Positions 9,730-19,857 of a DNA stretch of 64,000 bases are shown piece after piece (position 1 is the stretch's first letter; every line of letters starts with the position of its first letter). The stretch is from Bdellovibrionales bacterium. Its GTDB lineage: Bacteria; Bdellovibrionota; UBA1018. The translations under genes were made by a program, and so were the position numbers. The stretch spans positions 711,414 through 775,413 of the forward strand of contig JAFEAP010000029.1 in the NCBI GenBank assembly GCA_018266355.1, given 5' to 3'. The notes beneath the pieces are model-generated. The model was not told the origin of the DNA. It searched no databases and worked only from the letters and a program-made list of their open reading frames with translations.

Positions 9730-10617
9730 ATGTCGGAAATCACCAAAAGCACGATCGTCGATCTCGGGGACGATCTTCTCCAGACGCGGACGACCGAAAG
9801 GCCGAAGCCCGAGAGTCCGCTCGCGCCCGAGACCGTGTCCGAGCCGAGCGGCCCCGCCGCGACCGATTCGATCGAAGAACTGCTCTTGAACGCGAAAATC
9901 CAAATCCGCGAGGACTTCCTCGAGGACGCGAAGAAGACGCTTCGGCGCGTGATGCGCATGAGTCCCGGGAACCTCGCCGCGCGCGATCGCCTCGAAGAGA
10001 TCCAGCGGATCGAGATCAAACGATTGCTCGGCCAGGACGACCAGCCGACGGGTGGCGGATTCCGCGCGAAAAAGAAAAAGGCCGAACTCGTTTCCGACGA
10101 CGGCGATTCGGTGGCCGCCGCGCTCGAACGCGAGCTCGGTCCCGCGCCCGGACCGGAGGCGACCCAGTTTCCGAACGACGACGCATTGGCCGCTTTTCTC
10201 GGGAATTTGGAGCTTTTACTCGCGGGAGCGTCCACCCAGGACCGCATCGACCTCGGCATCGGATTCCTCGAGATGGAATTCTACGAAGTCGCCGTGCGGA
10301 TGTTCCGCGGAGCCGCGGCCGCCGACCCGGGCGATCGCCGGGCGAGAGGACTGCTCGCGACCGCGTGGGTGGCGAAAGGGAACGGCTTCGAGGCGATGCT
10401 CGAGATCGAGTCGCTCGTCGCCGACCAGAGCGCGCCCTCCGAGGAAAAAATCGACTACGGCTACCTCGCCGGCCGCGCCCAGGAACTCATGGGTAATTTC
10501 GAGATGGCGATCCGGTGGTACCGCGCCGTCCTCCAGGTCCAGGCGGGGTATCGGGACGCCGAGGACCGCCTCCGCCGCTGCGTGAAGCTCGCGCACGTGA
10601 AACGCGTGGAAACTTGA
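9730..10617 (+). CDS. Hypothetical cytoplasmic TPR-like helical protein preceding tamB
   Basis: AAGGAG RBS upstream. Acidic N-terminus followed by helical TPR-like repeats. No signal peptide. The stop overlaps the next gene's start (TGATG). Confidence 0.6.
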   Translation: MSEITKSTIVDLGDDLLQTRTTERPKPESPLAPETVSEPSGPAATDSIEELLLNAKIQIREDFLEDAKKTLRRVMRMSPGNLAARDRLEEIQRIEIKRLLGQDDQPTGGGFRAKKKKAELVSDDGDSVAAALERELGPAPGPEATQFPNDDALAAFLGNLELLLAGASTQDRIDLGIGFLEMEFYEVAVRMFRGAAAADPGDRRARGLLATAWVAKGNGFEAMLEIESLVADQSAPSEEKIDYGYLAGRAQELMGNFEMAIRWYRAVLQVQAGYRDAEDRLRRCVKLAHVKRVET

Positions 10618-13600
10618 TGCGGAAACACCCGATCCTCATCTTCGTCGCCGTACTCGCGCTCTTGATCGGATCGGCGACGGTCTACATCCAGAGCGCCGCG
10701 TTCGCGACGCAGCTGAAGCGGGTGCTCGCGAAGTACGTTCCGAAAAACCTCGGTATCACGGCCGATTTCTCGAATCTCTCGATCCAGATCTTCCCGCCGG
10801 GCGTCGGCGTGGTGAATCCGCGCATCGAGGCCGCGGACCGGAACGCCGCGAACGTGCCGGGCGGCACGAAGATCGAAGCCGAGCGGATGGAACTCGCGTT
10901 CCGGCCGCTCCAGATCCTCTCGGGTCGCGTGAGCATCCACGAGGTGAAGATCATCAACGGGAAGGTGAAGACCGCGCTCGTCGCCGGCAACGCCGAGCCG
11001 AGGAAGAAGCGTTCGTCGGGCCTCTCCTGGCAGGACCTCTTCGAGATCCAAACCGAACGCGTGACCCTCGAAAACACCGACGTCGACCTCGATCTCCCGA
11101 CCTTGAAGAGTCGCGCGCACTTCAACGCGAAGTCGGTCGAGATCGAGAAGGTCGTCGAGAAGAAAAGCACGTTCTACGACGTCGCGGTCCGGCTGGGCGA
11201 GTTCGCCGCCGAGACGCCGCCGACCTTCCCGTATCCGAAGACCCTCGACAGCCTGCGGGTCACCGCGCGCGTCGGGTCGGGCGGTCTCGAGATCCGGGAA
11301 TTCGAGCTCGTTCGCGAGGGAACCCAGGCCGTCGCGAGCGGGCGCGTGACCGGAGACGTGCTCCGCGGCGCGGGACTCAAGGCCGATCTCGCGTTGAAGC
11401 TCCAAGGCGATCTCGCCCGTATGTTCGACTTCCTCGCGAAGCGTAAGGAGACCGGCGACGAGGTGAAGGATTCCGGAAAGATCCCCCAAGGGCACGTGAG
11501 CTTCGACGGTCACGCCCAGATGGAACTCGATCGCGTGCCCGAGACGCTTTCGGCGAGCGGGGTCCTGAAGGGCGAGACGCTCGTGTACCGGAACTACCGC
11601 GTCGACCGCGCCGAGATCGAAGGAAGTTATACGGCGCCGACGACCGCCGCCGAGGCCGCGAACGAGATCGTCGTGAAGAGAGCCGTCCTCGAATCGAAGG
11701 AAATCGAGAAAAAGGGCGGCCGCCAACCGGGAGTCGGCGGTCGGATCGAAATCGGCGCTTTCCGATATAACCTCACGAAACCCGCTCCGATCGAAACGAC
11801 CGTCGGACTCAAGCGCGCGCACCTCCTTTGGCTCGGCGCCGAGCTTCTCGAGGATCTCTATTCGCTCGACGGTCGGGTGAGCGGCCCGACGAAGATCCGG
11901 TTCACCCCGCCGACGCCGACCTCGTCGTTCGAGGTGAAGGCTGACGTCGACTGGGACGTGGACGGCCTCCAGATCGACAACCAGCGCCTCGGCAAGGACA
12001 AGAAACTCAATCGCATCCTCCACGTCGACAAATCGCACCTCAAGGGCACCGTGACCGTGAACGACCAGCGCGTTCGGTTCGAGGAGGGAATGGTCGTCGG
12101 GATGAAGGCGACCCAGCTGAACGCGAGCGGAGACATCGTCTTCGGCGGCGTGCCGAAAACGACGTACGAGATCACGGGCGGCGGGCCGGTGGACTTCCGC
12201 GAATTCGGCATCCTCGCCGAGAACCCGATCGAGGGCGTGGGCGCCCTCGGGGTACACGTGCACGGTCCTTCGAACGCGGTGAAGCTCGACTTCGACGGAT
12301 CAATGAAGGACTTCCGGTACCTCGATCTCGCGTTCGGCGAGTTCCGCGGACGCGTGACTTGGGACGACGAACCCTCGGCGCTGCTTTTCCAGAATCTCGA
12401 CTGCAACCGCGGAAGAACGCGGTACCGGCTGAACGGACGGATGGACCTCGGCGATCACGAGAAGATGGATTTCGGCGTGGAAGTGCCGCCGGGCGGGAAC
12501 ATCGGCGATTTCGTCTCGATCTTCGACTCGTTCACGAAGAACTATTGGTGGTTCCCTCGCACGGTGACCGGAGGCATGAGCGGGAAGATGCGGGTTTACG
12601 GCGGCGTCTCGTTGAACGAAATGATGATCGACGCCTCGATCGACGGCACGCGATGGGAGTACTTCGGCGAGCGTTTTTCGCGCGTCAGCCTTAAGGGCGG
12701 GTATGACAAAGGAAAGTATTTCGTCTCGGACTTCGACGGCCTGAAACGCGCGGGCCGTATCCACGGATCGATCTCCTACGACGCGAAGTCGAACATCGAC
12801 TGGAAGCTCGCGACGGAGAACCTCACGCTTTCGGATCTCGACCGGATCGCGAGTCTCGATATCCCCTTGCGAGGAGCGCTTTCGGGCGTTTCGCAGGGCA
12901 AAGGCCCGGATGGAGCGGTGGAATCGAAGACCGATCTCCGGCTGACGAATCTCGTCCTTCGCGGGAAGAAGCTCGGCGACTCCTCCCTTCAGGTCGAGAC
13001 GAAATCGGGACGCGCGCGCGTGGAGGGGTCCGGGCTCGGAGGCCAGGCGACCTTGAAGGCCCTTTACGATTTCAATCTCGGTCACGAAAGCTTCGTCGAA
13101 GCGAAAGCCGACGGAGTCGATTTCTCGCCGATGATCCTGCTCCTGAATCCGGCGCTCATGCAGGACGACGAACTTCTCGGCCGGATCAGCGGAAGCTACC
13201 GCCTCGACTTCCTCTCCGGTCAGGCCGAAGTCGGGTCCGGTCAAGCGAAAGTGAGCGAGTACCTTCTCCGGAAATCGGGAACGGTCTTCCGGCTCGACCG
13301 CCCGTACGAATTCCGGATCGATCGCGGTTCGTTCTCCGTGCCGGCGCTCACGCTGGTCGGCGACGAAGGATCGGCGACGCTCTCGCTGCGATCGACGGCG
13401 GGCAACCTTTCGGGATCGATCCGGGGCCGCCTCGATCTTTCCGTCGCCGAATTCTTCACCTCCGCGATCGCGAAAGCGGACGGCGTATCCTCGCTCGACC
13501 TCGCGATCGGCGGGTCTTTGAAGGCTCCGCGGATCACCGGCAGCGGCGAAGTGACCGGCGGCGCGCTTCGGATCGACGGTATCGAAACTCCGATCGAGAA

Positions 13601-14762
13601 CATCGACGGTTCGTATAGCCTTTCGGACGGGACCCTCACGCTCGAAGAGTTCGAGGCCGATCTCGCCTCGGGCCGCACGACGATGGACGGCACGATCGAC
13701 TTCTTCCTCACGAAGTGGCCGACAATGAAGATCGCGCTCGGGTTGAACGGCAACAAGCTCAAGGTCTATCCTTTCCAAGTCGCGAAGGTCCGCGGGAAAC
13801 TCGACGTGACCGGAACCGAACGGCCGTACCTCGTGAGCGGGAAAATCCTGCTCGAGAACGCGATCACCCGCGAGAAGATCGCGAACGCGCGGGGTCCGGG
13901 GCTTCGTTCGGTCCAATACATGCCGCCCCCGTCGTCGTCTTCCTCGGCGACGATCCCGCTCTTTCGGCTCGATATCAGCGTTTCGGCTCCGGGGAACATC
14001 ATCGTCCAGAACGAGCTGATGGACCTCGAGGCGAAAGGGGAGCTTCGGATCGTCGGCACGATCGAAAACCCCCGCCCGCTCGGAACGGCGACCGCCGTCC
14101 AGGGGAAGATCCTCTTCAAGGACCGGGCTTTCCAGATCATGAACGGTACGATGGAGTTCGATTCGCCGGCCACGATCAATCCTCGTTACGAAGTGCTCGC
14201 GGTGACCGAGCTCGCGAACCGGCGGATCCAGCTTTTCTCGACCGGACGGCTCGACGACCAGCGCTTCGAATTCACCTCGAACCCTCCGATGCCCGAGCCC
14301 GACATCTTGAACCTGCTCGCCCTCGGAGTGACCGGGGACGATTCCCGCAAATTCCGCGCGAACGACCGGTCGGCGTACGAACAGGGCGAAGCCGCGTCGC
14401 TCGTCCTGCACTCCCTCGACTTCAACCGCGAAGTCCAGAACAAGACCGGCTTCTCGATCGGCGTCGACGAAGCGGTCGACGACCAACGGGGCCTCAGCGC
14501 GTTCTCGCGGGCCACGAGCGCGGATTCGGCGACCGCGCCGAAGATCGTGATCCGCCGCCAGATCGGCGAGCGCGTCGGGATCTCGGCCGGTAGTACGGTC
14601 GGTGTCGGCACCTCCATCCAGCGCGAAGTGAACGCGGAGGTGAGCGTGACGAAGGGATTGTCGGTGATCGGGGTATGGGACTCGATCGAAGGGGCGACCG
14701 CGGAAGACCCGAAGCGAAGCTCCTTCGGAGTCGACTTGAAACTGCAGAAACGATTCAAATGA
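10617..14762 (+). CDS. tamB: TamB/AsmA-family translocation and assembly module protein (DUF490-like), about 1381 aa
   Basis: N-terminal TM anchor (ILIFVAVLALLIGSATVYI), a very long beta-rich periplasmic region, and a C-terminal DUF490-like end (...SFGVDLKLQKRFK). Confidence 0.8.
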   Translation: MRKHPILIFVAVLALLIGSATVYIQSAAFATQLKRVLAKYVPKNLGITADFSNLSIQIFPPGVGVVNPRIEAADRNAANVPGGTKIEAERMELAFRPLQILSGRVSIHEVKIINGKVKTALVAGNAEPRKKRSSGLSWQDLFEIQTERVTLENTDVDLDLPTLKSRAHFNAKSVEIEKVVEKKSTFYDVAVRLGEFAAETPPTFPYPKTLDSLRVTARVGSGGLEIREFELVREGTQAVASGRVTGDVLRGAGLKADLALKLQGDLARMFDFLAKRKETGDEVKDSGKIPQGHVSFDGHAQMELDRVPETLSASGVLKGETLVYRNYRVDRAEIEGSYTAPTTAAEAANEIVVKRAVLESKEIEKKGGRQPGVGGRIEIGAFRYNLTKPAPIETTVGLKRAHLLWLGAELLEDLYSLDGRVSGPTKIRFTPPTPTSSFEVKADVDWDVDGLQIDNQRLGKDKKLNRILHVDKSHLKGTVTVNDQRVRFEEGMVVGMKATQLNASGDIVFGGVPKTTYEITGGGPVDFREFGILAENPIEGVGALGVHVHGPSNAVKLDFDGSMKDFRYLDLAFGEFRGRVTWDDEPSALLFQNLDCNRGRTRYRLNGRMDLGDHEKMDFGVEVPPGGNIGDFVSIFDSFTKNYWWFPRTVTGGMSGKMRVYGGVSLNEMMIDASIDGTRWEYFGERFSRVSLKGGYDKGKYFVSDFDGLKRAGRIHGSISYDAKSNIDWKLATENLTLSDLDRIASLDIPLRGALSGVSQGKGPDGAVESKTDLRLTNLVLRGKKLGDSSLQVETKSGRARVEGSGLGGQATLKALYDFNLGHESFVEAKADGVDFSPMILLLNPALMQDDELLGRISGSYRLDFLSGQAEVGSGQAKVSEYLLRKSGTVFRLDRPYEFRIDRGSFSVPALTLVGDEGSATLSLRSTAGNLSGSIRGRLDLSVAEFFTSAIAKADGVSSLDLAIGGSLKAPRITGSGEVTGGALRIDGIETPIENIDGSYSLSDGTLTLEEFEADLASGRTTMDGTIDFFLTKWPTMKIALGLNGNKLKVYPFQVAKVRGKLDVTGTERPYLVSGKILLENAITREKIANARGPGLRSVQYMPPPSSSSSATIPLFRLDISVSAPGNIIVQNELMDLEAKGELRIVGTIENPRPLGTATAVQGKILFKDRAFQIMNGTMEFDSPATINPRYEVLAVTELANRRIQLFSTGRLDDQRFEFTSNPPMPEPDILNLLALGVTGDDSRKFRANDRSAYEQGEAASLVLHSLDFNREVQNKTGFSIGVDEAVDDQRGLSAFSRATSADSATAPKIVIRRQIGERVGISAGSTVGVGTSIQREVNAEVSVTKGLSVIGVWDSIEGATAEDPKRSSFGVDLKLQKRFK

Positions 14763-14772
14763 CGCGAAGGCG

Positions 14773-17502
14773 ATGAAACTCCTCGGGAAGTTCCTCACTG
14801 CGTTTTACCCGTTCCTGATTCTCTCCGCCGGCCTTCCGATCGCCGCTCGCGCGGCTCCGTCCGCGAACGTCGAGGCGGTGGAGCTCGACGAGATCAGTCT
14901 CGTCGGGGTCACCGTGTTCAACGTCACCGAGCTCGAAAAGGTGATCGAGATTTCCGCGGGGGACCGGCTCGACCGCGCGAAAGTCGTCCAAACCGCGCGT
15001 AACATCCAGGACCTCTACCGGTCCTCCGGATACGAGAGCGTGAAGATCGAGACGCGTTTAACCCGACGGACGCCGAAGGCGGGGGGTACGGCGGAGAACG
15101 TCCTCGAGATCGTCGTCTCCGAGGGCAAACCGACCCGGATCGCGGAGATCGCAGTCGAGTACGATCTACCCGGGTGGTCCTCGCGTCTCGCCTCGGCGAG
15201 CGCGAAGATCGGCCTCCGGCCGACCGAAATCTACGACCGCGAGAAGCTACTGAACGGTTTCCGTTCGATGCAGGACGCGCTCACTTCGTGGGATTTCCTT
15301 TCGCCGAAGGTCGAGGAGTCGACCGTCGAGCAGGTCGGGCCTCCCGCCGACGCCGGGAAAGACCTCGTCGGCGGGACGGCGCGATGGGTGCGCGTTCGCG
15401 TGAAGGTCCAACTCGGCGACCGCGTGAGTTTCGCGTACCGGGACAACACCATCTTCCCGAACAGCCAGCTTTCGAGCTGGATCGAGGAGCAACGGCTCCT
15501 CGGTTTCAGCCTCGATTACGTCGATCGCATTCGCGAGCGATTCGAGGAAGAGTACCGCAAACTCGGTTACGATCGGATCAAGATCGACGTCTACACCTTC
15601 GAGGACGCCGAGAAGCAGCGCCGAAGGATCACCTACGCATTCAACGAGGGTCCGCGCGTCGAGATCGACCGCATCGAGTTCGACGGGAACTCGATCTTCA
15701 CCGCGGCCGCCCTTCGCGATCAATTCTACGACCGATCCTCCCCTTCGGTTTCGCGCGGCTACTACGTGGCGAAGGACGTCGAGCAGAGCGCCGAGCTCCT
15801 GATCGAATGGATGAAGTCCCAAGGCTACCTCGCCGCGAAGCTCGTTTCGATCTCGCGAACCTATCGGCCGGCAGGGGATCGCGTCGACCTCGTGGTTTAC
15901 GTTTACGAGGGCGAGCAGACGATCATCGATTCGATCCGTTACGAAGGGCTCACCGTTTTCTCTCCGAACGAACTCACCGAGGCGCTCGGGAACCGGGCGG
16001 GGAAACCGTTGAACCTCTACGCGCTGAACGACGGTCTCGAGAAGATCAAGGCGAAGTACCGGGAGCGCGGCTATCTCGACATCCAGATCGCGAACGAGGG
16101 CACGAACCGCCTCGTCCTCTATTCGCAGGAAAACCGGGTCGCCGACGTTTCCCTCGAACTCGTCGAAGGGATCCAATACCGGGTGACGAAGATCGAGATC
16201 GAGGGATTACGGAAGACTTTGCCGATCGTGATCGAACGCGAACTCGAATTGCACGAAGGAGACGTCCTCTCCGAGCGGCTTTGGTACCTTTCCGAGGCGA
16301 AGATCCGCCGGCTCGGAATTTTCGCCTCGGCTTCGGTGAAGGCGTTTCCGGATCCGACCCGGAAGGACGGGAAGATCCTGAAGATCCTCGTCGAGGAGGG
16401 GTCTCCGGGCCTCATCGCCGGAGGGATCGGCGCGCGGAACGACCTCGGTCTCCGCGGGTTCGGCCAGGTCCAGTACACGAACCTTTGGGGCAAGAACCAC
16501 ACGGTCGCGCTGAACGCGACGGCGAACCGCCGCTACAGGTGGCTCGGCGACACCGCGTTCTGCCCGAGCACGAAGCAGCAAGCGGAGGCGCCGAACGACG
16601 ACCATTGCTTCGTCGAATTCGACACCTCGATCGGATACGTCTGGCCGTGGTTCTCGCTCGGTCAAACGACCTTCCGCCCGCGTTTCTCTTTCGAACGCAC
16701 GCAGTTCAAGAATTTCGACGCCGACACCGTCGCCCTCCAGTCGAGTTGGGAACGCGTGCTCGCCCGCGGCCAGAGCTGGGGTCTAACCGGCGCGGTCACT
16801 TACGCGATGGAGATCGTGAACCAGTACAACGCGAACTTCGACGGCGATAACCAGCGCCTTCGCATCGGGTCGGTCGGCCCGACCCTCATTTTCGATCGCC
16901 GCGACAACGCCCTCGCGCCGACGCGCGGGACCTATACGACGATCCAATACGACATCGCGCGTCCCTTCCTCGGTTCCCAGTCCGAGGACGTCGCCGCCGG
17001 CCAGGGACCGATCGCCTATCAGCGCGTCCAATTCCGGAACGATCTCTACGTCCCGCTCCCGAAGGCGATCGATCTCTTCCTCAGCGTCCGCGCGGGCTTC
17101 GAGCATAACGAAGCGATTCCGCCGGAAGACTACTCCGGGCCGAACTACTCGATCCCGCTCATCAAGCAGTTCACCCTCGGCGGGGTCGGCAGCCTCCGCG
17201 GATTCGAGGAGCAATCGCTGAACGCCGGCGCGTTCGCCGTCCGCGGTAACCTGAGTTACCTGAACTACCGCGCCCAAGTCGACCTTCCGTTCGCGGGTTC
17301 GATGAAATTCGGGCCGTTCATCGACACCGCGAACCTCTACCTCGACGATCGTTCGCTCACGAACGGTTACCGGTACGGCGTCGGCGCGGGTTTCCATTAC
17401 AAATCGCCGGTCGGACCGGTGAACTTCGATCTCGGGGTGAATCCGTCACCGCAAGGAACGGAAGACGCGTACAAGATCCACTTCTCGATCGGAAACATCT
17501 AA
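14773..17502 (+). CDS. Omp85-family outer membrane protein assembly factor (BamA/TamA-like) with POTRA repeats
   Basis: Signal peptide, several POTRA-like repeats, a C-terminal Omp85 beta-barrel, and a terminal aromatic-rich strand (...YKIHFSIGNI). Confidence 0.85.
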   Translation: MKLLGKFLTAFYPFLILSAGLPIAARAAPSANVEAVELDEISLVGVTVFNVTELEKVIEISAGDRLDRAKVVQTARNIQDLYRSSGYESVKIETRLTRRTPKAGGTAENVLEIVVSEGKPTRIAEIAVEYDLPGWSSRLASASAKIGLRPTEIYDREKLLNGFRSMQDALTSWDFLSPKVEESTVEQVGPPADAGKDLVGGTARWVRVRVKVQLGDRVSFAYRDNTIFPNSQLSSWIEEQRLLGFSLDYVDRIRERFEEEYRKLGYDRIKIDVYTFEDAEKQRRRITYAFNEGPRVEIDRIEFDGNSIFTAAALRDQFYDRSSPSVSRGYYVAKDVEQSAELLIEWMKSQGYLAAKLVSISRTYRPAGDRVDLVVYVYEGEQTIIDSIRYEGLTVFSPNELTEALGNRAGKPLNLYALNDGLEKIKAKYRERGYLDIQIANEGTNRLVLYSQENRVADVSLELVEGIQYRVTKIEIEGLRKTLPIVIERELELHEGDVLSERLWYLSEAKIRRLGIFASASVKAFPDPTRKDGKILKILVEEGSPGLIAGGIGARNDLGLRGFGQVQYTNLWGKNHTVALNATANRRYRWLGDTAFCPSTKQQAEAPNDDHCFVEFDTSIGYVWPWFSLGQTTFRPRFSFERTQFKNFDADTVALQSSWERVLARGQSWGLTGAVTYAMEIVNQYNANFDGDNQRLRIGSVGPTLIFDRRDNALAPTRGTYTTIQYDIARPFLGSQSEDVAAGQGPIAYQRVQFRNDLYVPLPKAIDLFLSVRAGFEHNEAIPPEDYSGPNYSIPLIKQFTLGGVGSLRGFEEQSLNAGAFAVRGNLSYLNYRAQVDLPFAGSMKFGPFIDTANLYLDDRSLTNGYRYGVGAGFHYKSPVGPVNFDLGVNPSPQGTEDAYKIHFSIGNI

Positions 17503-18641
17503 GCCGACGAAAGGCGTTCGATTTCGGTTCGGCGGGCGAGGAGCGGTCCCGCGATCACGAGGACGAGGCCGGTCCACGGCATGAAATAGAGGCGATCGGC
17601 GAAACCGCGGTTCCAAGCGCCGACGGCGGCGGGGAGCAGGACGAGGCCGAGCATCGCGACGCCGTAGAGGATCCGCGTGCGCTTCTCGACGAAACGGGGG
17701 TCTTCGGCGAACCATAGCGCGACGAGGGGGAGGAATTGGAGGTAGTTGTGCTTCCACGCGAGCGGCGAGGTGAGCACCGTGATCGCGAGGGTACCGGCGA
17801 TCATCCAGGCTTCGCGATTCTTCCTCGGCGCCGCGAGGAGGACGAAAGCGAAGAGCGCGGCTTGGGCGACGCGCATGACGATCTTGAAGGTTTCTAGCGG
17901 GAAGTGGCCGTCGAGCAGCCACCAGGCCGCGGATTGGATCGACTGGATGTTCGGCAACATGACCGGGTCGTCGATCTCCTTCGCTTTTAAATACCAATCG
18001 CGGAAAACGAAAGGTCCGTCGTGGTAAAGGAAGACGGGCAGGAAATTCAGCACGACGGTGAGAATCGCGATCCACGATATTTCCTTCCATCGCCCGCGAA
18101 GCACGAGGGGAAGCCCGATCGCGAAGGGGACGATCTTGAAACTACCGAAGACGGAAAAGGCGAGGGTGGAGAATGCGAGGTTCGTCTCTCTCTTTCGCCA
18201 CCAATAGAAGAAGAGCAGGAGCAGGATCGGATTGATCTGCGAGTTGCCGAAGTCGTGGTTGTGGAAGCGGAAGAAGAGCGCGACGAGCAGGAAAGTCGCG
18301 AGGTCACCGAGACGGCGGCGGAGTCCGACGTAGATCGCGGCGGCCGCGGCGTAATTCGCGACGAAGAAAACGACTCGCGCGACGACGATTCCGAAAAGCG
18401 TGAAAGGCGCGAAGAAATAAGCGGTGACCGGAAGGTAGCGATACGGCGTTTCTTCCGCGCGATACGGAGAAATTCCCGCGAGCGCGCGTTCGGCGGCCGC
18501 GTAATACGCGAGAAAATCGTCGCGTCTCGCCTCGATCGCCCGCGCGAGAAAGAGGCCGAAGAGGCCGATGGCGAGGGCCCACCAGAAACGGGTCCATTTT
18601 CGGTTCGTCGGGGCCGGGGTGGCGGCCGGAGCAAGGTCCAT
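17499..18641 (-). CDS. Polytopic membrane protein, DUF2029/GT87-like glycosyltransferase
   Basis: About 10 TM helices and a conserved Asp-containing loop near the N-terminus. This resembles the GT87 / DUF2029 mannosyltransferase-like family. The 3' end overlaps the Omp85 gene stop in a convergent arrangement. Confidence 0.65.
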   Translation of the reverse strand: MDLAPAATPAPTNRKWTRFWWALAIGLFGLFLARAIEARRDDFLAYYAAAERALAGISPYRAEETPYRYLPVTAYFFAPFTLFGIVVARVVFFVANYAAAAAIYVGLRRRLGDLATFLLVALFFRFHNHDFGNSQINPILLLLFFYWWRKRETNLAFSTLAFSVFGSFKIVPFAIGLPLVLRGRWKEISWIAILTVVLNFLPVFLYHDGPFVFRDWYLKAKEIDDPVMLPNIQSIQSAAWWLLDGHFPLETFKIVMRVAQAALFAFVLLAAPRKNREAWMIAGTLAITVLTSPLAWKHNYLQFLPLVALWFAEDPRFVEKRTRILYGVAMLGLVLLPAAVGAWNRGFADRLYFMPWTGLVLVIAGPLLARRTEIERLSSA

Positions 18642-18843
18642 CTCGAGGCTTAGGTTAAACGGGACTTCGGCACCGGCTCCACGAAAAACTGAGCCGAAAC
18701 CTGAGGGAAAAGAGGATCTTAACGTATCGCGTCATTATCCGGAACTCAGCCGGAGACCGGCGTTTCCAGCGCCTGGATTTTCCTAAGAAATCGCGTGGAA
18801 CGTCGTTGCGTGGAGGAAGCGCTTTCGATATATCCACTCCCCT

Positions 18844-19353
18844 ATGTTGCAACAGAAGTCTTATTCCGCGAAACAAGTGGGTCCGCATTTTTTCGAGCCG
18901 AAGGGCCCGAACGCTCCGAAGTGGTACGTCGTCGACGCTAAGGACCAAGTCGTCGGCCGCATCGCGACCGTCATCGCGCGCGTGATCACCGGCAAACACA
19001 AAGCCACGTTCACCCGCCACGCCGATACGGGCGATTTCCTCATCGTCCTGAACGCCGACAAGATCCAACTCACGCGTTCGAAGTGGACGAAAAAAGATTA
19101 TTACGACCACACCGATTTCGTCGGCGGTCTGAAGATCAAGTCGGCTCGTGAACTCCACGAACGTCACCCGACGGAAATTCTCCGTCGCGCCGTTTGGGGC
19201 ATGACCGGCAAGACCTCGCTCGCCCGTCACCAGATGAAGAAGCTCAAGCTCATCGTCGGCACCGAACACGAGCATAAGTCCCAAAACCCGCAACCGCTCC
19301 CGGCGGCTGCCACCCGCAAGACGGTCGCCGCTAAGGCCCCGAAGACGGCGTAA
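18844..19353 (+). CDS. rplM: 50S ribosomal protein L13
   Basis: KWYVVDAKDQVVGRIATVIARVITGKHKATFT... typical L13. Confidence 0.95.
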   Translation: MLQQKSYSAKQVGPHFFEPKGPNAPKWYVVDAKDQVVGRIATVIARVITGKHKATFTRHADTGDFLIVLNADKIQLTRSKWTKKDYYDHTDFVGGLKIKSARELHERHPTEILRRAVWGMTGKTSLARHQMKKLKLIVGTEHEHKSQNPQPLPAAATRKTVAAKAPKTA

Positions 19354-19374
19354 TTTTTCGGAGTAAGAGAATTA

Positions 19375-19773
19375 ATGGAAAAACAAATTCATCGAGTTGG
19401 TAAGCGGAAGTCGGCGATCGCCCGGGTTTATCTCCGGTCCCGCGCCTCGGAAACGGGCGCGATCCGCGTGAACGGACGTTCGTTCGAAGACTATTTCCCG
19501 CGCCCGAGCTCGCGCCTCATCATCATGCAGCCGCTCGAACTGACCCAAACCGTGGGCCGTTTCGACATCCACGTGAACGTCATGGGTGGAGGCCTCTCCG
19601 GCCAAGCCGGCGCCGTGAAGCACGCGATCTCCCGCGCACTCTTGAACGTCGATCCGACCTACCGTCCGGTCCTCAAGAAGGCCGGCCACCTCACTCGCGA
19701 CTCCCGCGAAGTCGAGCGGAAGAAGTACGGCCTCGCCGGCGCTCGCCGCCGCTACCAATACTCGAAGCGCTAA
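19375..19773 (+). CDS. rpsI: 30S ribosomal protein S9
   Basis: C-terminal ...GARRRYQYSKR, typical of S9. Confidence 0.95.
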   Translation: MEKQIHRVGKRKSAIARVYLRSRASETGAIRVNGRSFEDYFPRPSSRLIIMQPLELTQTVGRFDIHVNVMGGGLSGQAGAVKHAISRALLNVDPTYRPVLKKAGHLTRDSREVERKKYGLAGARRRYQYSKR

Positions 19774-19804
19774 ACAGCAGCTTCGGTACTGGAGAAAATT
19801 CAAA

Positions 19805-19836
19805 GGCCCGGTTCCACTGGAACCGGGCCTTTTTCA
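19805..19836. terminator. Strong bidirectional intrinsic terminator between rpsI and the convergent secreted-protein gene
   Basis: GGCCCGGTTCC-ACTG-GAACCGGGCC stem-loop followed by TTTTTC on the plus strand. The left flank is T-rich on the minus strand. Confidence 0.8.
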
Positions 19837-19857
19837 TTCGAGTCTTGGGCGGCGACC

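Noticed and set aside
12300-14798. 832-aa ORF antisense to tamB; similar long antisense ORFs at 23417..25936 (839 aa), 50451..53396 (981 aa), 35495..37861 (788 aa), 54581..56542 (653 aa), 57092..58735 (547 aa), 10461..12263 (600 aa), 29498..31441 (647 aa)
   Set aside because: They sit opposite well-supported genes. Their products are Arg/Asp/Glu/Gly/Val-rich low-complexity strings, typical of stop-codon-poor antisense frames in high-GC DNA. Some run straight through intergenic regions, and none shows a recognisable motif.
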